A DNA stretch of 35,972 nucleotides from a virus. Its lineage: Duplodnaviria > Caudoviricetes. The translations under genes and the position numbers were made by a program. The stretch covers positions 1-35,972 of the IMG/VR virus record IMGVR_UViG_3300032212_000701, one strand, 5' to 3'. Position 1 is the first letter of the stretch. Each line of letters begins with the position of its first letter. Positions 7,006 through 16,434 of this stretch are shown one piece after another. Below the pieces are notes generated by a model. The model did no database searches and was not told the DNA's origin. It saw nothing but the letters and a program-made list of their open reading frames with translations.

Positions 7006-8405
7006 ATGTTGTCTGGAAGCCGTGGGGGGGCGGCCAGACTCAATACCTGACATGCCCTATCACTGAGAAGTTCGCCGAGGGTAACCGTGGTGGCGGTAAA
7101 ACCGAACTTGCGCTGGTCGATTTTTCGCAGTTCGTTGGCCAGTTTGGCAGCGCATGGCGCGGCGTAATCTTCAGACGTGAATACAAGCATCTTGAAGATG
7201 TGGCCTTTAAAGCAAAGCGCTTGTTCAGGCAAGTGTTTCCAGAGGCGAAATTTAACTCATCGAAAAGTGATTACAAGTACGTTTGGCCAACTGGTGAAGA
7301 GCTTCTATTTCGCGTTGGGAAGAAGACCGAGGACTACTGGAATTATCATGGGCATGAGTTCCCATTCGTTCACTTTGAAGAGCTGACCAACTGGCCGGAT
7401 GATGGTTTCTACGAGGCAATGAAGTCTTGTAACCGTGGTTCTGTTGAGGGGATGCCTCGCATATTTTCATCGAATGCCAACCCGTTTGGTGCGGGTCACG
7501 GTTGGGTGAAAAAACGCTTTATTGACATTGGTCCACCCAAAACGGTGGCGGTAGATGACGAAGGTTTGCAGCGTGTTCGTATTCATGTGGATCTGAAAGA
7601 TAACAAAGCCTTACTTGATAATGATCCAAACTATGTTAAGCGACTTGCTGGGATCAAGAATGACCATTTACGTAAGGCGTGGAGCGATGGCAATTGGGAT
7701 ATTGTGGTCGGTGGATTTCTGCAGGGCATCTGGGATCGTGATGTTCATGTGGTGAAGCCTTTCGCTATTCCGCATGACTGGCCGCGCTGGCGTTGTATGG
7801 ATTGGGGTTCTGCAAGGCCTTACTCGATTGGGTGGTACACGAAGAGCCCGGAAGGTGTGATTTACCGGTACCGTGAGCTGTACGGCGATGGCGGCGAGCC
7901 AAATGTGGGAACGCGTGAAAATGCATCTCAAGTGGCTAAGCGGGTGCTGCAGGTGGAGGCACAGGAGCGTAAGGCGAAGATAGTGTTTCGGCGCAACCCG
8001 GCGGACTCCAGCATCTGGAACGATGATGGCCGAATTATCACTGTTGAGCGTTTATTTAGCGATGAGAACGTGCGTTGGGTGAAGGCGCAAAAAGGGCCGG
8101 GCTCTCGTGTGAGTGGCGCACAGGTGGTGATTGATTATCTAACCGCCAGAACATTCAAGGTGTTTGATACTTGCCAGCATTTTATTCGTACTGTGCCAGT
8201 GCTGATGCCAGACCCGGACAACTGGGAGGACATCGACACAGACATGGAAGACCACGTATGGGATGAGGTGCGTTACTCGCTGACATCAAGACACCGTGGG
8301 CCACAGATAAAACAAGCGAACAGTGAACCCAAACCCGGCACTTTCGACCACCTGTTAAAAATCACGGCAAAAACCAAGCGGAAATCAACCTACAGGATGG
8401 ATTGA
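6981..8405 (+). CDS. terL: Terminase large subunit
   Basis: Walker A GNRGGGKT, Walker B VHFEE, NP.G.GHGWVK, nuclease MDWG and EDHVWDEVRY. Confidence 0.95.
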   Translation: MAGQRGAVNVVWKPWGGGQTQYLTCPITEKFAEGNRGGGKTELALVDFSQFVGQFGSAWRGVIFRREYKHLEDVAFKAKRLFRQVFPEAKFNSSKSDYKYVWPTGEELLFRVGKKTEDYWNYHGHEFPFVHFEELTNWPDDGFYEAMKSCNRGSVEGMPRIFSSNANPFGAGHGWVKKRFIDIGPPKTVAVDDEGLQRVRIHVDLKDNKALLDNDPNYVKRLAGIKNDHLRKAWSDGNWDIVVGGFLQGIWDRDVHVVKPFAIPHDWPRWRCMDWGSARPYSIGWYTKSPEGVIYRYRELYGDGGEPNVGTRENASQVAKRVLQVEAQERKAKIVFRRNPADSSIWNDDGRIITVERLFSDENVRWVKAQKGPGSRVSGAQVVIDYLTARTFKVFDTCQHFIRTVPVLMPDPDNWEDIDTDMEDHVWDEVRYSLTSRHRGPQIKQANSEPKPGTFDHLLKITAKTKRKSTYRMD

Positions 8406-8407
8406 GT

Positions 8408-8512
8408 ATGTTGAATATAATTATTGAAACGGTGCTGCTTTCCTTCGCGCTTGGCTGGGTTTTGGGTGCTGTGATTGCAGTGCATTTGATGACGATTAAA
8501 AACGAGGAGTGA
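8408..8512 (+). CDS. 34-aa hydrophobic peptide (not in ORF track)
   Basis: MLNIIIETVLLSFALGWVLGAVIAVHLMTIKNEE fills the gap between terL and the next gene. Confidence 0.45.
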   Translation: MLNIIIETVLLSFALGWVLGAVIAVHLMTIKNEE

Positions 8513-8518
8513 TAAGGT

Positions 8519-8827
8519 ATGAGTTTGAAAAAGAAAGTAATCGGCGAAGCGGTGGCGTCTGTAATAACGGGTGCAGCGGTCATGATGAATACCACCCCGC
8601 ATATGCAGAAGGATTCGGGTGTGTTGGTGGTTGCGCCATCACCAAACTTTAACGGCACGCTGGTGGTGGAGAAGTCTGATGACGGAGGCGATACCTGGAC
8701 GACTGTTAAGACAGTCACCGGTTCTAATAATGCCGCGAGCTTCGATGAAGTGGCGATGGCGGGTCAGTACCGTTATGACTGTACAGCATTCACGGCTGGC
8801 TCTATCAGCATAGGCATTTTGGCGTAA
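8519..8827 (+). CDS. Small beta-rich putative virion protein
   Basis: 102 aa, FNGTLVVEKSDDGGDTW...YRYDCTAFTAGSI, similar to 19105-19548. Confidence 0.6.
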   Translation: MSLKKKVIGEAVASVITGAAVMMNTTPHMQKDSGVLVVAPSPNFNGTLVVEKSDDGGDTWTTVKTVTGSNNAASFDEVAMAGQYRYDCTAFTAGSISIGILA

Positions 8828-8834
8828 TCACTCG

Positions 8835-11129
8835 ATGAGTGATTGTACCGAAAATTCATCTAGCGCCGCGGCGGAAGATCCGCAGCAGGCTCAATTTATT
8901 GAGAAGCTGTCGAATCAGATTAAAGATGCAAAGCACCTTAAGGAATCGTTTTACAAGAAAATTAAGGCGCATCGAAATTATGCCGCTGGTCGAATAGGTG
9001 AAGATGGCAAGGGTGGTTTAGTCCGAGCTAATCTGATCTACACCACCATTGCCACGGTACGGCCAAGGGTTTATGCGAAGAACCCTGAGATTGTGGTTTC
9101 ACCGACTGAGGCGGTAGACCCAAGCGAATATCCAGCGATTAAGCAGTTGTGTAAAACTTTACAGGTAGTGCTTGATCGTCTGTTTGTAAGAAAAGCAAAG
9201 CTGAAGAAGCGCGCTAAGGCGGCGGTGGGTTCAACAATGACCACTAGCATCGCGTGGGGAAAGCTGACCTATCAGCGCGAATTTCAGAAAGACCCGATCA
9301 TTCAGGGGCGGATGAACGATATTCAGGAGAACATCGCCCGCATTAGATCGCTGATAGCCGACTGTGAAGATGAGCAGGGGCGGGGTGATCATGAAGCAGA
9401 GCAGGAAGAGCTCAAGCATCAGATGGAGGCGCTGCAACAGCAGGTCGAGATTGCTGTCGGTGAGGGCTTAGCACTCGACATTCTGCCCACTGAAGATGTG
9501 GTTCTTGATCCAGATATCAAATCACCTGATAACTATGTAGATGCCAAGTGGATAGCCTTTGGCTATTGGTATCAAGAAGACAGCTATAAAGATATGTTCG
9601 GCCATGAAGCCGACAAGGAGGCCTCGGTATTCGCCAGCGATGCCAGCGATAACCCCGACGGCAAGAAAAGCAGCGACGACGATAAAAAGAAAAACAAATA
9701 CCGCGTGTGGGAGGTGTGGCATAAGCAGAGCAATACTGTTTACACTATTTGCGAAGGGGCCAAAAAATACGCCCGCGAGCCGTATCATCCAAACAACGTA
9801 GGCGAGCAGTGGTACCCCTCTTTCCCCCTGGTGTTCAATCCGCTTGATGGTAGCTTTGAAGCGCTTTCTGATGTTGAGCTGCTGAAAGAGTTGCAGGATG
9901 AGTACAACGCGACGCGGACACAGTTTGCTGAGCATCGCGCGTTAACCAAGCCGCATTATATAACTGATGTGGGTACCAGCGAGGCAGAGATCAGACAAAA
10001 AGAGGTTGCTGGGATAGGTGAAATAATCCTTGTTGATGCTAATGGTAGACCATTGAAAGAGGTGTTTCAGGCCGCGGAGCAATTACCTATAGACCCTGCG
10101 CTCTACGATAACAGCCACATTCGCGATGAGTTCGAGATGATATCTGGCGCGGGGGACGCCGCCAGTGGAAATGTTCGCCGAGCCAAGACACTGGGTGAAG
10201 CGGAGATCATGGAAAATGCACTCTCTAGCCGCACCAATGAACGCCAGGACATTATTGAAGACTGGATTGTCGATATGGCACAGTATGCCGCTGAGATTTT
10301 GCTGCAAGTACTAACCCCTCAGCAGGTGCAGCGCATCGCAGGGCGGAAAGCATCATGGCCGGAACTGCGAAAAGAAGAGATATTCGATTTAGTGCAGATT
10401 GAAATCCGCGCCGGATCGACTGGCAAGCCCAATAAAGCGCGCGAGCAAGAGCAGTGGGTGAAATTTCTACCCGAGATTCAAAAGCTGATTCAGGCGGTTG
10501 CGGAGTTAAGATCGACCGGGCAAGGCGAGATGGCCGAGGCGCTGATTAAAGTAGCTGAAGAGACCCTTCGTCGTTTCGATGAACGCATTGAAGTTGAGGA
10601 GTTTCTGCCGCAGCCTCAGGAGGGTGGTGAACAACAAGAGGCACAACCACCATCGCCGCAGGATCAGGCGCAGGAAGCGATGGCCATGCGTGAAATGCAG
10701 CGGGTTGATGAAGAGGGGCAGTTAAATGTTGAAAAACTACGCAATGAGCTGCGGATTATTCAAGCTAAGGCAGTTCTAGAAGAAACTAAAGTGAGAAATG
10801 AGCAGCAGGCGCAGCTATCAAGCCAGCAACCAGTAGAGCGGTCATGGATTGAGATTGAGCAGGAATCAGCCGCAGAACGTGAGTTGCAGAGAGCTGATGA
10901 GGCAGGTCAAATTTCAATTGAAAAAGATCGTGAAGAGCTGAGAATAACGCGGGCAAAAGCGGACGCTGAAGAGGTTAAAGCTGCAAAAGAGGCGGGCACA
11001 TATCTTGAGCCATCACGCGAAAATGAAACACTCATCATTGAGCGCGATGAATCGGGTTTAGCGATTCGTGTTGGCACACGCAATATTATTCGCGACCCGG
11101 AAACCGGATTAATGCAGGCAATTCAATAG
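8835..11129 (+). CDS. Portal protein (P22-like, long C-terminal tail)
   Basis: 764 aa after terL, with RVWEVW and SDVELLKELQDEYN motifs and a Q/E-rich coiled-coil C-terminus. Confidence 0.85.
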   Translation: MSDCTENSSSAAAEDPQQAQFIEKLSNQIKDAKHLKESFYKKIKAHRNYAAGRIGEDGKGGLVRANLIYTTIATVRPRVYAKNPEIVVSPTEAVDPSEYPAIKQLCKTLQVVLDRLFVRKAKLKKRAKAAVGSTMTTSIAWGKLTYQREFQKDPIIQGRMNDIQENIARIRSLIADCEDEQGRGDHEAEQEELKHQMEALQQQVEIAVGEGLALDILPTEDVVLDPDIKSPDNYVDAKWIAFGYWYQEDSYKDMFGHEADKEASVFASDASDNPDGKKSSDDDKKKNKYRVWEVWHKQSNTVYTICEGAKKYAREPYHPNNVGEQWYPSFPLVFNPLDGSFEALSDVELLKELQDEYNATRTQFAEHRALTKPHYITDVGTSEAEIRQKEVAGIGEIILVDANGRPLKEVFQAAEQLPIDPALYDNSHIRDEFEMISGAGDAASGNVRRAKTLGEAEIMENALSSRTNERQDIIEDWIVDMAQYAAEILLQVLTPQQVQRIAGRKASWPELRKEEIFDLVQIEIRAGSTGKPNKAREQEQWVKFLPEIQKLIQAVAELRSTGQGEMAEALIKVAEETLRRFDERIEVEEFLPQPQEGGEQQEAQPPSPQDQAQEAMAMREMQRVDEEGQLNVEKLRNELRIIQAKAVLEETKVRNEQQAQLSSQQPVERSWIEIEQESAAERELQRADEAGQISIEKDREELRITRAKADAEEVKAAKEAGTYLEPSRENETLIIERDESGLAIRVGTRNIIRDPETGLMQAIQ

Positions 11130-11139
11130 GAGCACTACG

Positions 11140-11385
11140 ATGGCATTACACGTTTATCTATCGGTCGGTCGGCAGCTGGAACCGAACGGCCCATTTTTAC
11201 AACCAGCAACCGGCGATACGACTAACGTGATGCGCTATCGCGGTGATATTAGTGTTGATGATGATCCAGTGGGCTTTAAGCGTAAGATGAGCGCCCAAGG
11301 TCATGCGGTGGCATATCACAAAGAAATGGTAGGCAGTAAGAACGAAGCCAGCGGCCATGTCGAATATATGATGGGAGAACTGTGA
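11140..11385 (+). CDS. Hypothetical protein
   Basis: 81 aa, SD AGGAG. Confidence 0.6.
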   Translation: MALHVYLSVGRQLEPNGPFLQPATGDTTNVMRYRGDISVDDDPVGFKRKMSAQGHAVAYHKEMVGSKNEASGHVEYMMGEL

Positions 11386-11882
11386 TGCAGCTAGTTTATC
11401 AAAATGGCATTCTACAGCCAGGCGATTCGTTTGAAATGCCGTCACTTAAGGATGTGTTAAAACTGTTCGGAAAACCGTTACAAATGGCGGGCTTTGTGCC
11501 GGATGAGGGCGAAACGCTGCTCGGTGCGCTTGGATTCGGTAACGTGACGACCGACAAAGGCGTGGATATGGAGCTTGGTCTATTCACTAATGTGGCACCG
11601 GGCGAAACGATAACCGAAGCAGCGTTGACAGAGCCAACAGGGACTGGCTATGCCCGGATTAACCTTGTTGATGCGACATGGACAGGCACCAATCCGCGTA
11701 CTTACCCCGAGCAGACGTTTACAGCTGGCGCAGGCGGTTGGACGGGTTCGGTCCAGGGGTATTTCATCGCCTCAAAAGGAACTACGCCACGAATTGTAGT
11801 GATTGAAGTGGATGCCAATGGGCCTTATACGTTTGTTGAGAATGACACGTATAAGGTGTCGCCTAGTAATTCAACTGCTTGA
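11382..11882 (+). CDS. Small beta-rich structural protein (LFT...E..G.GYAR family)
   Basis: LGLFTN...TEPTGTGYARINL...QTFTA..GW..V.G motif typical of phage fibre-associated subunits. Confidence 0.65.
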   Translation: MMQLVYQNGILQPGDSFEMPSLKDVLKLFGKPLQMAGFVPDEGETLLGALGFGNVTTDKGVDMELGLFTNVAPGETITEAALTEPTGTGYARINLVDATWTGTNPRTYPEQTFTAGAGGWTGSVQGYFIASKGTTPRIVVIEVDANGPYTFVENDTYKVSPSNSTA

Positions 11883-11904
11883 TTGCTGAGCACGGTAATA
11901 GAGT

Positions 11905-14052
11905 ATGGCTGGGGCTATAATAGTAGGGACGAGCACGGCATCCCTACACTTTATAAATGATGGTGACAAGCGCTATAAAGCTGCAAGCTATCGTCGACTG
12001 TGGGAAAACACGCACCAGAATGGCCGGTTTGATGCGCTCGTCCCTGTTCCTGACGGGTCAGAGGATCACTACGTCTGCAAAGGTGTGGACGGCGCGCAAA
12101 CTTTTTCAACAAGTGAGTTTGAAGATAGAAGTTCTGGCCGTCCCGGATGCTATTGGCATGACTCAGCTAAAAAGTTGCACATTGCTGGAGTTCACAATAC
12201 TACTATTGAATTTTGGACAGCTAATTACAATTCGGTAACCGATAAGTACGAGCACGGTGTCGGTGCCGATGGCGCGGGCGTCCCGGTGCCGGGTATGTCG
12301 AGATCGACTAACAGTATGACTGTTAGCCTGACAAAATCCCCAAATGGCCATCTGTGGCTGTTTGAGCTGGATCAAACAGGTCTAAAAATGCAGCGCTCAA
12401 CAGACGATGGCGCGACATGGGAGGCTGATAGAACAGTAATTACTACAAGCAATGGGCATGGCTCAACGGATTGTTGCTCAATCAATATCGGCGGGACAAA
12501 TTACGTTTGCGTATTTGCATCAGAAGATGACCTAGTTGGTAGCGCGACACAGTATTTTTATCTCATAGATGAGAATAATGCAGATATAACAAACGCAAGC
12601 AACTGGATAAATGAGAGTAGTAGCTTGCCCGCACTTGATGTGGGGGTCGCTCCAGATAACCATGTCTGCATGGCGCGCGCTAGTAACAATAAATTACTTG
12701 TCACATATAAAGATGGTGACAATGCCATTAAGATGATCACTCGTACCGCCGCAGGGGTCTGGGCCGGATCATTTGAAGTCTGGAGTGCTGCAAGTGCGCG
12801 TACGAGACCCGCGCTGCTTGTTAAAAAGATATCAGGAACGACTGATGAAGAAATAATGGTCATCACAGCGTTGACTGGAGATGGGCCAACAATACTCTAC
12901 AAAACATCGCCCGTTGACACAATTTCATTTTCCTCTGCGGCAGTGCTATTTGAAGATTCAGTCGGTAACGATGAATTTAACGAAGCATCCGTACATCAAG
13001 GTGACTATGTAGCATCTTCGAGCGCTGGCGTATTAGTCATGGCTGAGAATGTCACTGACGACACGATGTGGTTCAATACACTAAATATTACGGGTGTGAG
13101 TGGCGCAATCATTACTGGTGACACTACCGTTACTTTTACCTCTAATGCGACGCTAACATTTAACCAAAACCCGGCCATCATCGGTAATGTTACCGCAACG
13201 CTAACGCCAAGCGCAGCGCTGAAATATAACCAGCATCCTGGAATTTCAGGGGATGTGACGGCCACAGTATCGGCCAATGCTGCCATGGCATTCAATCAGC
13301 ATCCGGGCATAGCGGGTGATGTAACCACAACGATTATTTCAGACGCCAGCATGGCGTTTAATCAAAGCCGCTCTATCTTGGGGGGTGTGGTCGCGACTGT
13401 CGTATCGAATGCCTCAATGGCATTTAATCAGCATCCGGCTATCAGCGGTGATGTGACCACAACAGTAACCGCGAACGCGGTGATGGCATTCAATAGCGGG
13501 GCATCGATTACTGGCGATGTGACGGCCACCATCACCCCCGCCGCTGCCATGCAGTACAATCTGCATCGCAGTTTTACGGGCGATATCACCGCCACCGTTA
13601 CGCCAGCGGCGTCTATGCTGTTTACCTCTGCTGTTGCGCCGCTGCTGATTAAAGATGGTGGCGAAACGGTGATTGTGCGTGAGCCAAAGCGAAAAGAAAA
13701 AGAGCGCTCCCGATTTGAGGTAACACTTGAATCGCTGAGTGAAAACGAGCAGGTAAAACCACCCGCTGTACCCAGGGCGGAAGCGAAAGCGCCCTTTAAT
13801 TTAGCGCCTATTGTTAAGGCCTTTATGGAACGGGAGTATGTGCCTTCACCTGTTGAGGCGTTGCCTAACCCCGCCATTGTGGTGGACATGGCGGAGGCGC
13901 GTGATGAAATGGCAGCGAGTGCTGAGGTGAAGGCTTCAGAGCAGGCCATTAAACAAGCGCTGTTTGAGCAGCGCAGAACAGAAGCGGCAGCATGGCACCA
14001 ACGTCTGCTGCAAGAAGATGAAGAGATTTTGCTGATAATCGCAGCATCATAA
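11905..14052 (+). CDS. Putative head or portal-associated fibre/adhesin: BNR beta-propeller, 8x22-aa repeats, EDEEILLI tail
   Basis: Asp-box RSTDDGATW, tandem repeats, and acidic-hydrophobic C-terminus QEDEEILLIIAAS. Confidence 0.6.
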   Translation: MAGAIIVGTSTASLHFINDGDKRYKAASYRRLWENTHQNGRFDALVPVPDGSEDHYVCKGVDGAQTFSTSEFEDRSSGRPGCYWHDSAKKLHIAGVHNTTIEFWTANYNSVTDKYEHGVGADGAGVPVPGMSRSTNSMTVSLTKSPNGHLWLFELDQTGLKMQRSTDDGATWEADRTVITTSNGHGSTDCCSINIGGTNYVCVFASEDDLVGSATQYFYLIDENNADITNASNWINESSSLPALDVGVAPDNHVCMARASNNKLLVTYKDGDNAIKMITRTAAGVWAGSFEVWSAASARTRPALLVKKISGTTDEEIMVITALTGDGPTILYKTSPVDTISFSSAAVLFEDSVGNDEFNEASVHQGDYVASSSAGVLVMAENVTDDTMWFNTLNITGVSGAIITGDTTVTFTSNATLTFNQNPAIIGNVTATLTPSAALKYNQHPGISGDVTATVSANAAMAFNQHPGIAGDVTTTIISDASMAFNQSRSILGGVVATVVSNASMAFNQHPAISGDVTTTVTANAVMAFNSGASITGDVTATITPAAAMQYNLHRSFTGDITATVTPAASMLFTSAVAPLLIKDGGETVIVREPKRKEKERSRFEVTLESLSENEQVKPPAVPRAEAKAPFNLAPIVKAFMEREYVPSPVEALPNPAIVVDMAEARDEMAASAEVKASEQAIKQALFEQRRTEAAAWHQRLLQEDEEILLIIAAS
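13108..13635 (+). repeat. Eight tandem 66-bp (22-aa) coding repeats
   Basis: Consensus xIxGDVTATVxxxAxMxFNQHP, eight units counted in the translation. Confidence 0.9.
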
Positions 14053-14063
14053 GGAGACCCCCG

Positions 14064-15146
14064 ATGAGCATTGAGAATGATCAGGCATCGCCTGAGGACG
14101 ACACACGTCTGGACGAAATGTCCACCCATGAAAACAACACGCCCGATGAAACCATTGATCATTCGGTTGATAACGATGAACCGACCAGCGCAGTGGATGC
14201 GATCAATACCGCGCTTGGGCTTGGTAAAGGTGAGCCGGATGAATTGCCTGAAGGTGATGATAAGCCAGTCATCGAGGGTGATATCGAAGACCCTGCAAAA
14301 ACCAAGGCCGAGGAAAAGCCGGCGGACGATAAAAAAGCCGAAGGTGAAGAAGAGCTGCCGGAAGAGATCAAGACCGCGAGTGAAGCCACACAAAACCGCT
14401 TCCGCGAGGTGATCAATACCAATAAAGATTTGACCGCTCAAGTTGAAACACTCACTGCGCAGAGCGAAACGCTTGAGCAGGATGTAGAGGGATTCCGCCA
14501 GACCATCCAATATTCACAGGCGACACCTGATGAGTTTGGCCAGCTGATGGAGTATTCAAAGCTGGTGAAGAGTGGCAACCCGGAGCAGATGCGACAGGGG
14601 TTAGCGTTGCTAGATGAGCAGCGTAGCGCGTTGGCGTTGCAGTTGGGCGAAGCGGTGCCAGGTGTGGATTTACTCGATGGTTTTCCAGACCTGCAGGCCG
14701 CGGTGGATGACATGCAGATGACACAGGAGATTGCGCAGGAGACAGCCAAGCTGCGCCGCGAGAGCCAGACCAGAACTCAACAGCAAGAAGTCACCACGCA
14801 GCAAAATGATGGCGCACAGGCGTTTGAGACTGCTAAGAACGATGGTTTGAAGTCGGTTGTGGATTACACCAGCCAGCTGGCTGCGACCGATCTTGATTAT
14901 CCAAAGATTGAAGCCGCACTACTAGAGCAGGCACAAATTATTGCAGGCACTCATTCGCCGGATATGTGGCAAGGCGAGTTGGAACGTACCTATAACCTAT
15001 TGAAAAAGACAATGACCAGCCAGGTGACAAAGAACGCCCCCAATAAAGATGAAACCCCATTACGCCCTGGTGGCGGGAGTGGTGGTGCACAGGTGCCGAC
15101 CACACCACTGGCGGCAATCGATCAAGCATTAGGGTTTGGTGAGTAA
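14064..15146 (+). CDS. Capsid scaffolding protein
   Basis: Acidic disordered N-terminus and coiled coils (RFREVI), directly upstream of the capsid gene, SD AAGGAG. Confidence 0.75.
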   Translation: MSIENDQASPEDDTRLDEMSTHENNTPDETIDHSVDNDEPTSAVDAINTALGLGKGEPDELPEGDDKPVIEGDIEDPAKTKAEEKPADDKKAEGEEELPEEIKTASEATQNRFREVINTNKDLTAQVETLTAQSETLEQDVEGFRQTIQYSQATPDEFGQLMEYSKLVKSGNPEQMRQGLALLDEQRSALALQLGEAVPGVDLLDGFPDLQAAVDDMQMTQEIAQETAKLRRESQTRTQQQEVTTQQNDGAQAFETAKNDGLKSVVDYTSQLAATDLDYPKIEAALLEQAQIIAGTHSPDMWQGELERTYNLLKKTMTSQVTKNAPNKDETPLRPGGGSGGAQVPTTPLAAIDQALGFGE

Positions 15147-15278
15147 CCTAAAAACTCACCGTTAAGCAACAGCACGCTGCTGTACGCCGGGGTCGCGCCC
15201 GGTAGGACTGTATTGAGGCCTCGTCTTCCTCATGTGCTGAAGACATTTCGTGTTTTCAAATCATGAGGAGAAGGAAAA
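15138..15278 (+). promoter_or_regulatory. Structured leader of the major capsid gene
   Basis: Five adjacent hairpins and an alternative anti-SD pairing (see findings). Confidence 0.5.
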
Positions 15279-16355
15279 ATGCCTTTTACATCCGAGGAGC
15301 TATCTAACGCCGGTAAAGCGTCGTTGGATTTCTATGAAAAAAACCCGCTGGTAGATCAGCACAACGTAGAGCACCCGCTTTACAACAAGCTCAGCAAGAA
15401 GAAGCCCAAAACCGCACCAGGCGGCAAGCAGTACATTGTTGAACAGTTGCGTAAATCAAACAGCTCTAATTTTCAGTGGTTCAATGGTTCGCAGATTGTT
15501 ACCTATAACAAGCGTAACAATATCGAGCAGAGCCAGTTTGCATGGCGCAGCGCGCATGATGGCTTTGCGCTTGATGAAGATCGCTTGATTCAGAACGCCA
15601 TTCACATCACTGAAGGTAAAGAAAAAACCGCCAGCAAGGCGGAACGTGTGCAGCTCTCTAACTTACTGGAAGAAGAGACCGAAGCACTGCAGCTCGGTTA
15701 TATCGAAAAGTTTGACGAAGCATTGCATCTGGATGGCACGCAGAGTACCGATGCAATCGAGGGGATTGATTCGATCATCTCATTAACACCTGCGGTGGGC
15801 ACCGTGGGTGGTATCGATGCATCACTGGCGGCCAATATCTGGTGGCGCAACCACTCGGCGACAGGGCTGACCACTACCACTACTACCGGCGATATCCTCG
15901 ACAAGATGGAAATCGCGTGGCGCGCCTGCATTCGAAATGGTGGTAAGCCTGATTTCATCCTGGTGGGGTCTGACTTCCTTGATGGGTTCCGTAACTTCAT
16001 GATGAAGACTTACGGGCGCATCAACTTTCAGGGGGTGCAGGAGAAGAAGATTGAGGGTGGCTCTGGGCACAATGAAGGCGTTCGCACCGGGCTCTATTTC
16101 CACGGCACTGAGCTAATCTGGGATCCAACTTTTGCAAATCTTGATGCCGCGTTTTCACCCGCCATTCCATGGGAGAAGCGCTGTTATTTCATCAACTGCC
16201 GTCACCTGCGTCTGCGCCCGCTCGAAGGGCAAGATCGTGTGACGCGCAAGCCACCACGCGCTTATGACAAATACGAGTACTACTGGGGGCTGACATGGCG
16301 CGGGGCTGTAACAACTAACCGTCGTCACGCACACGGGGTACTGTCCATCGCCTGA
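15279..16355 (+). CDS. Major capsid protein
   Basis: 358 aa after the scaffold, strong SD, HK97-like motifs (LHLDGT...IEGI, PDFILVG, CYFIN...L, RRHAHGVL). Confidence 0.88.
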   Translation: MPFTSEELSNAGKASLDFYEKNPLVDQHNVEHPLYNKLSKKKPKTAPGGKQYIVEQLRKSNSSNFQWFNGSQIVTYNKRNNIEQSQFAWRSAHDGFALDEDRLIQNAIHITEGKEKTASKAERVQLSNLLEEETEALQLGYIEKFDEALHLDGTQSTDAIEGIDSIISLTPAVGTVGGIDASLAANIWWRNHSATGLTTTTTTGDILDKMEIAWRACIRNGGKPDFILVGSDFLDGFRNFMMKTYGRINFQGVQEKKIEGGSGHNEGVRTGLYFHGTELIWDPTFANLDAAFSPAIPWEKRCYFINCRHLRLRPLEGQDRVTRKPPRAYDKYEYYWGLTWRGAVTTNRRHAHGVLSIA

Positions 16356-16363
16356 ATCGGGGA

Positions 16364-16407
16364 GCCTGTTTGTGGCCCCGTGGACAGGCGAGAAAAGTTA
16401 CGGGGCT
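16364..16407 (+). other. Predicted H-type RNA pseudoknot downstream of the capsid stop
   Basis: S1 GCCTGTTT(16364-71)/GGACAGGC(16382-89), S2 GGCCCCGT(16374-81)/ACGGGGCT(16400-07), L1 2 nt, L2 0 nt, L3 GAGAAAAGTT. Confidence 0.65.
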
Positions 16408-16434
16408 TTACCCAAAAAATTCAGGAGAGTAATT

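Noticed and set aside
13428-14510. 360-aa antisense ORF
   Set aside because: Shadow of the repeat-rich and scaffold genes on the plus strand, with no recognisable motif.
16364-16407. Known riboswitch (preQ1, SAM-II) or HDV-like ribozyme
   Set aside because: The conserved ligand-binding or catalytic nucleotides and nested double-pseudoknot topology were not recognised. An Rfam search would be needed to exclude these formally.
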